Assembly: GCA_035938265.1 (NCBI GenBank)
Contig: DASZHA010000040.1
Location: forward strand, 1 to 61,204
Length of the DNA stretch: 61,204 bases
Reading direction: 5' to 3'
Source: Candidatus Dormiibacterota bacterium
GTDB taxonomy: Bacteria > Chloroflexota > Dormibacteria > DASZGP01
A program made the translations under genes and the position numbers. Positions 60,957 through 61,204 of the stretch are shown one piece after another (within the stretch, counting starts at the first letter, position 1; each line of letters begins with the position of its first letter). The notes beneath the pieces were generated by a model, which did not search any database, had not been told where the DNA came from, and saw only the letters and a list, made by a program, of their open reading frames with translations.

Positions 60957-61204
60957 TAGATGAAGCCGACGACGAAGCTGGGGACGGAGCTGAAGTGGCG
61001 CTGGGAGATGACGCCGAAGCCCTTGTAGTTCATCTCCGAGACGGTGAAGCCGCCATCGGGATCCACCGACTCGACATAGGCAACGTGGCCGTACCAGCTC
61101 TCGCGGGTGACCATGATGGCGCCGACCTTGGGGGTCGAGCCTTCCGCGAAGCCGAAGGAGCGGGCGTTCGGCCACCACTCGATGGCATTGCCCATCCAGG
61201 GCAC
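60953..61204 (-). CDS. CHAP-domain amidase/peptidase, 3' part only (gene runs off the right edge)
   Basis: NAIEWWPNARSFGFAEGSTPKVGAIMVTRESWYGHVAYVESVDPDGGFTVSEMNY is typical of the CHAP C-terminal half. The stop overlaps the cyclase stop (convergent, 4 nt). Confidence 0.75.
   Translation of the reverse strand: MPWMGNAIEWWPNARSFGFAEGSTPKVGAIMVTRESWYGHVAYVESVDPDGGFTVSEMNYKGFGVISQRHFSSVPSFVVGFIY

Noticed and set aside
1-61204. CRISPR arrays, rRNA or tRNA genes, IS elements, transposases, integrases, prophage genes, toxin-antitoxin pairs
   Set aside because: I recognised none on reading both strands. The only mobile-element-like gene is the LAGLIDADG ORF. The only tandem repeats seen are the 17-mer at 58067 and the weak 15-nt periodicity at 18.2 kb.

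Overview
High-GC bacterial chromosomal window (roughly 68-70% G+C by eye, very high GC3) centred on the replication-origin neighbourhood. The origin set is parA-parB, then jag-yidC-yidD-rnpA-rpmH on the minus strand facing dnaA-dnaN-recF-DUF721(DciA-like) on the plus strand. gyrB/gyrA are absent after recF-DUF721; a UvrD-type helicase fused to a PD-(D/E)XK/Fe-S nuclease sits there instead. The left 15 kb is an envelope polysaccharide locus. It holds four GT4 genes and one GT2 gene, an FkbM methyltransferase, a Wzy/O-antigen-ligase-like membrane protein, a Wzz-BY-kinase fusion, DUF4012, and a sortase with an Ig-like surface protein. This locus contains a complete decaprenyl-phospho-arabinose-type trio (UbiA phosphoribosyltransferase, DprE1-like, DprE2-like). 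Next comes a glycine-cleavage operon (gcvT-gcvH-gcvPA-gcvPB, split P protein), preceded by a sigma-70-like protein that lacks region 4, then a phosphoglycosyl transferase and nfeD-SPFH-CPBP. After parAB there is a free-standing single-motif LAGLIDADG endonuclease-like gene, followed by lepB, ndk, an M16 peptidase and a HIT protein. Right of the origin are a GT28 (MGDG-synthase-like) gene and a CelD-like GNAT, MshA-like GT4 and HAD cluster. The most unusual block is at 46.5-51.5 kb: NlpC/P60, a MurD-like ligase, a 49-aa LysW-like zinc-ribbon carrier ORF absent from the ORF track, a threonine-synthase-like PLP enzyme and a large ATP-grasp enzyme. A Tad/Flp-type operon follows (tadZ-like fusion, cpaF, tadB, tadC) with no pilin gene. 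The window ends with small housekeeping or stress genes, a tandem-hotdog adenylate cyclase and a partial CHAP amidase. I saw no rRNA, tRNA, CRISPR array or IS/transposase. Many long ORFs in the track are antisense shadows typical of high-GC DNA. The lineage looks monoderm/Terrabacteria-like (sortase, DciA, split GcvP, LysW-like, MGDG-synthase-like), but I cannot assign a taxon from the sequence alone.
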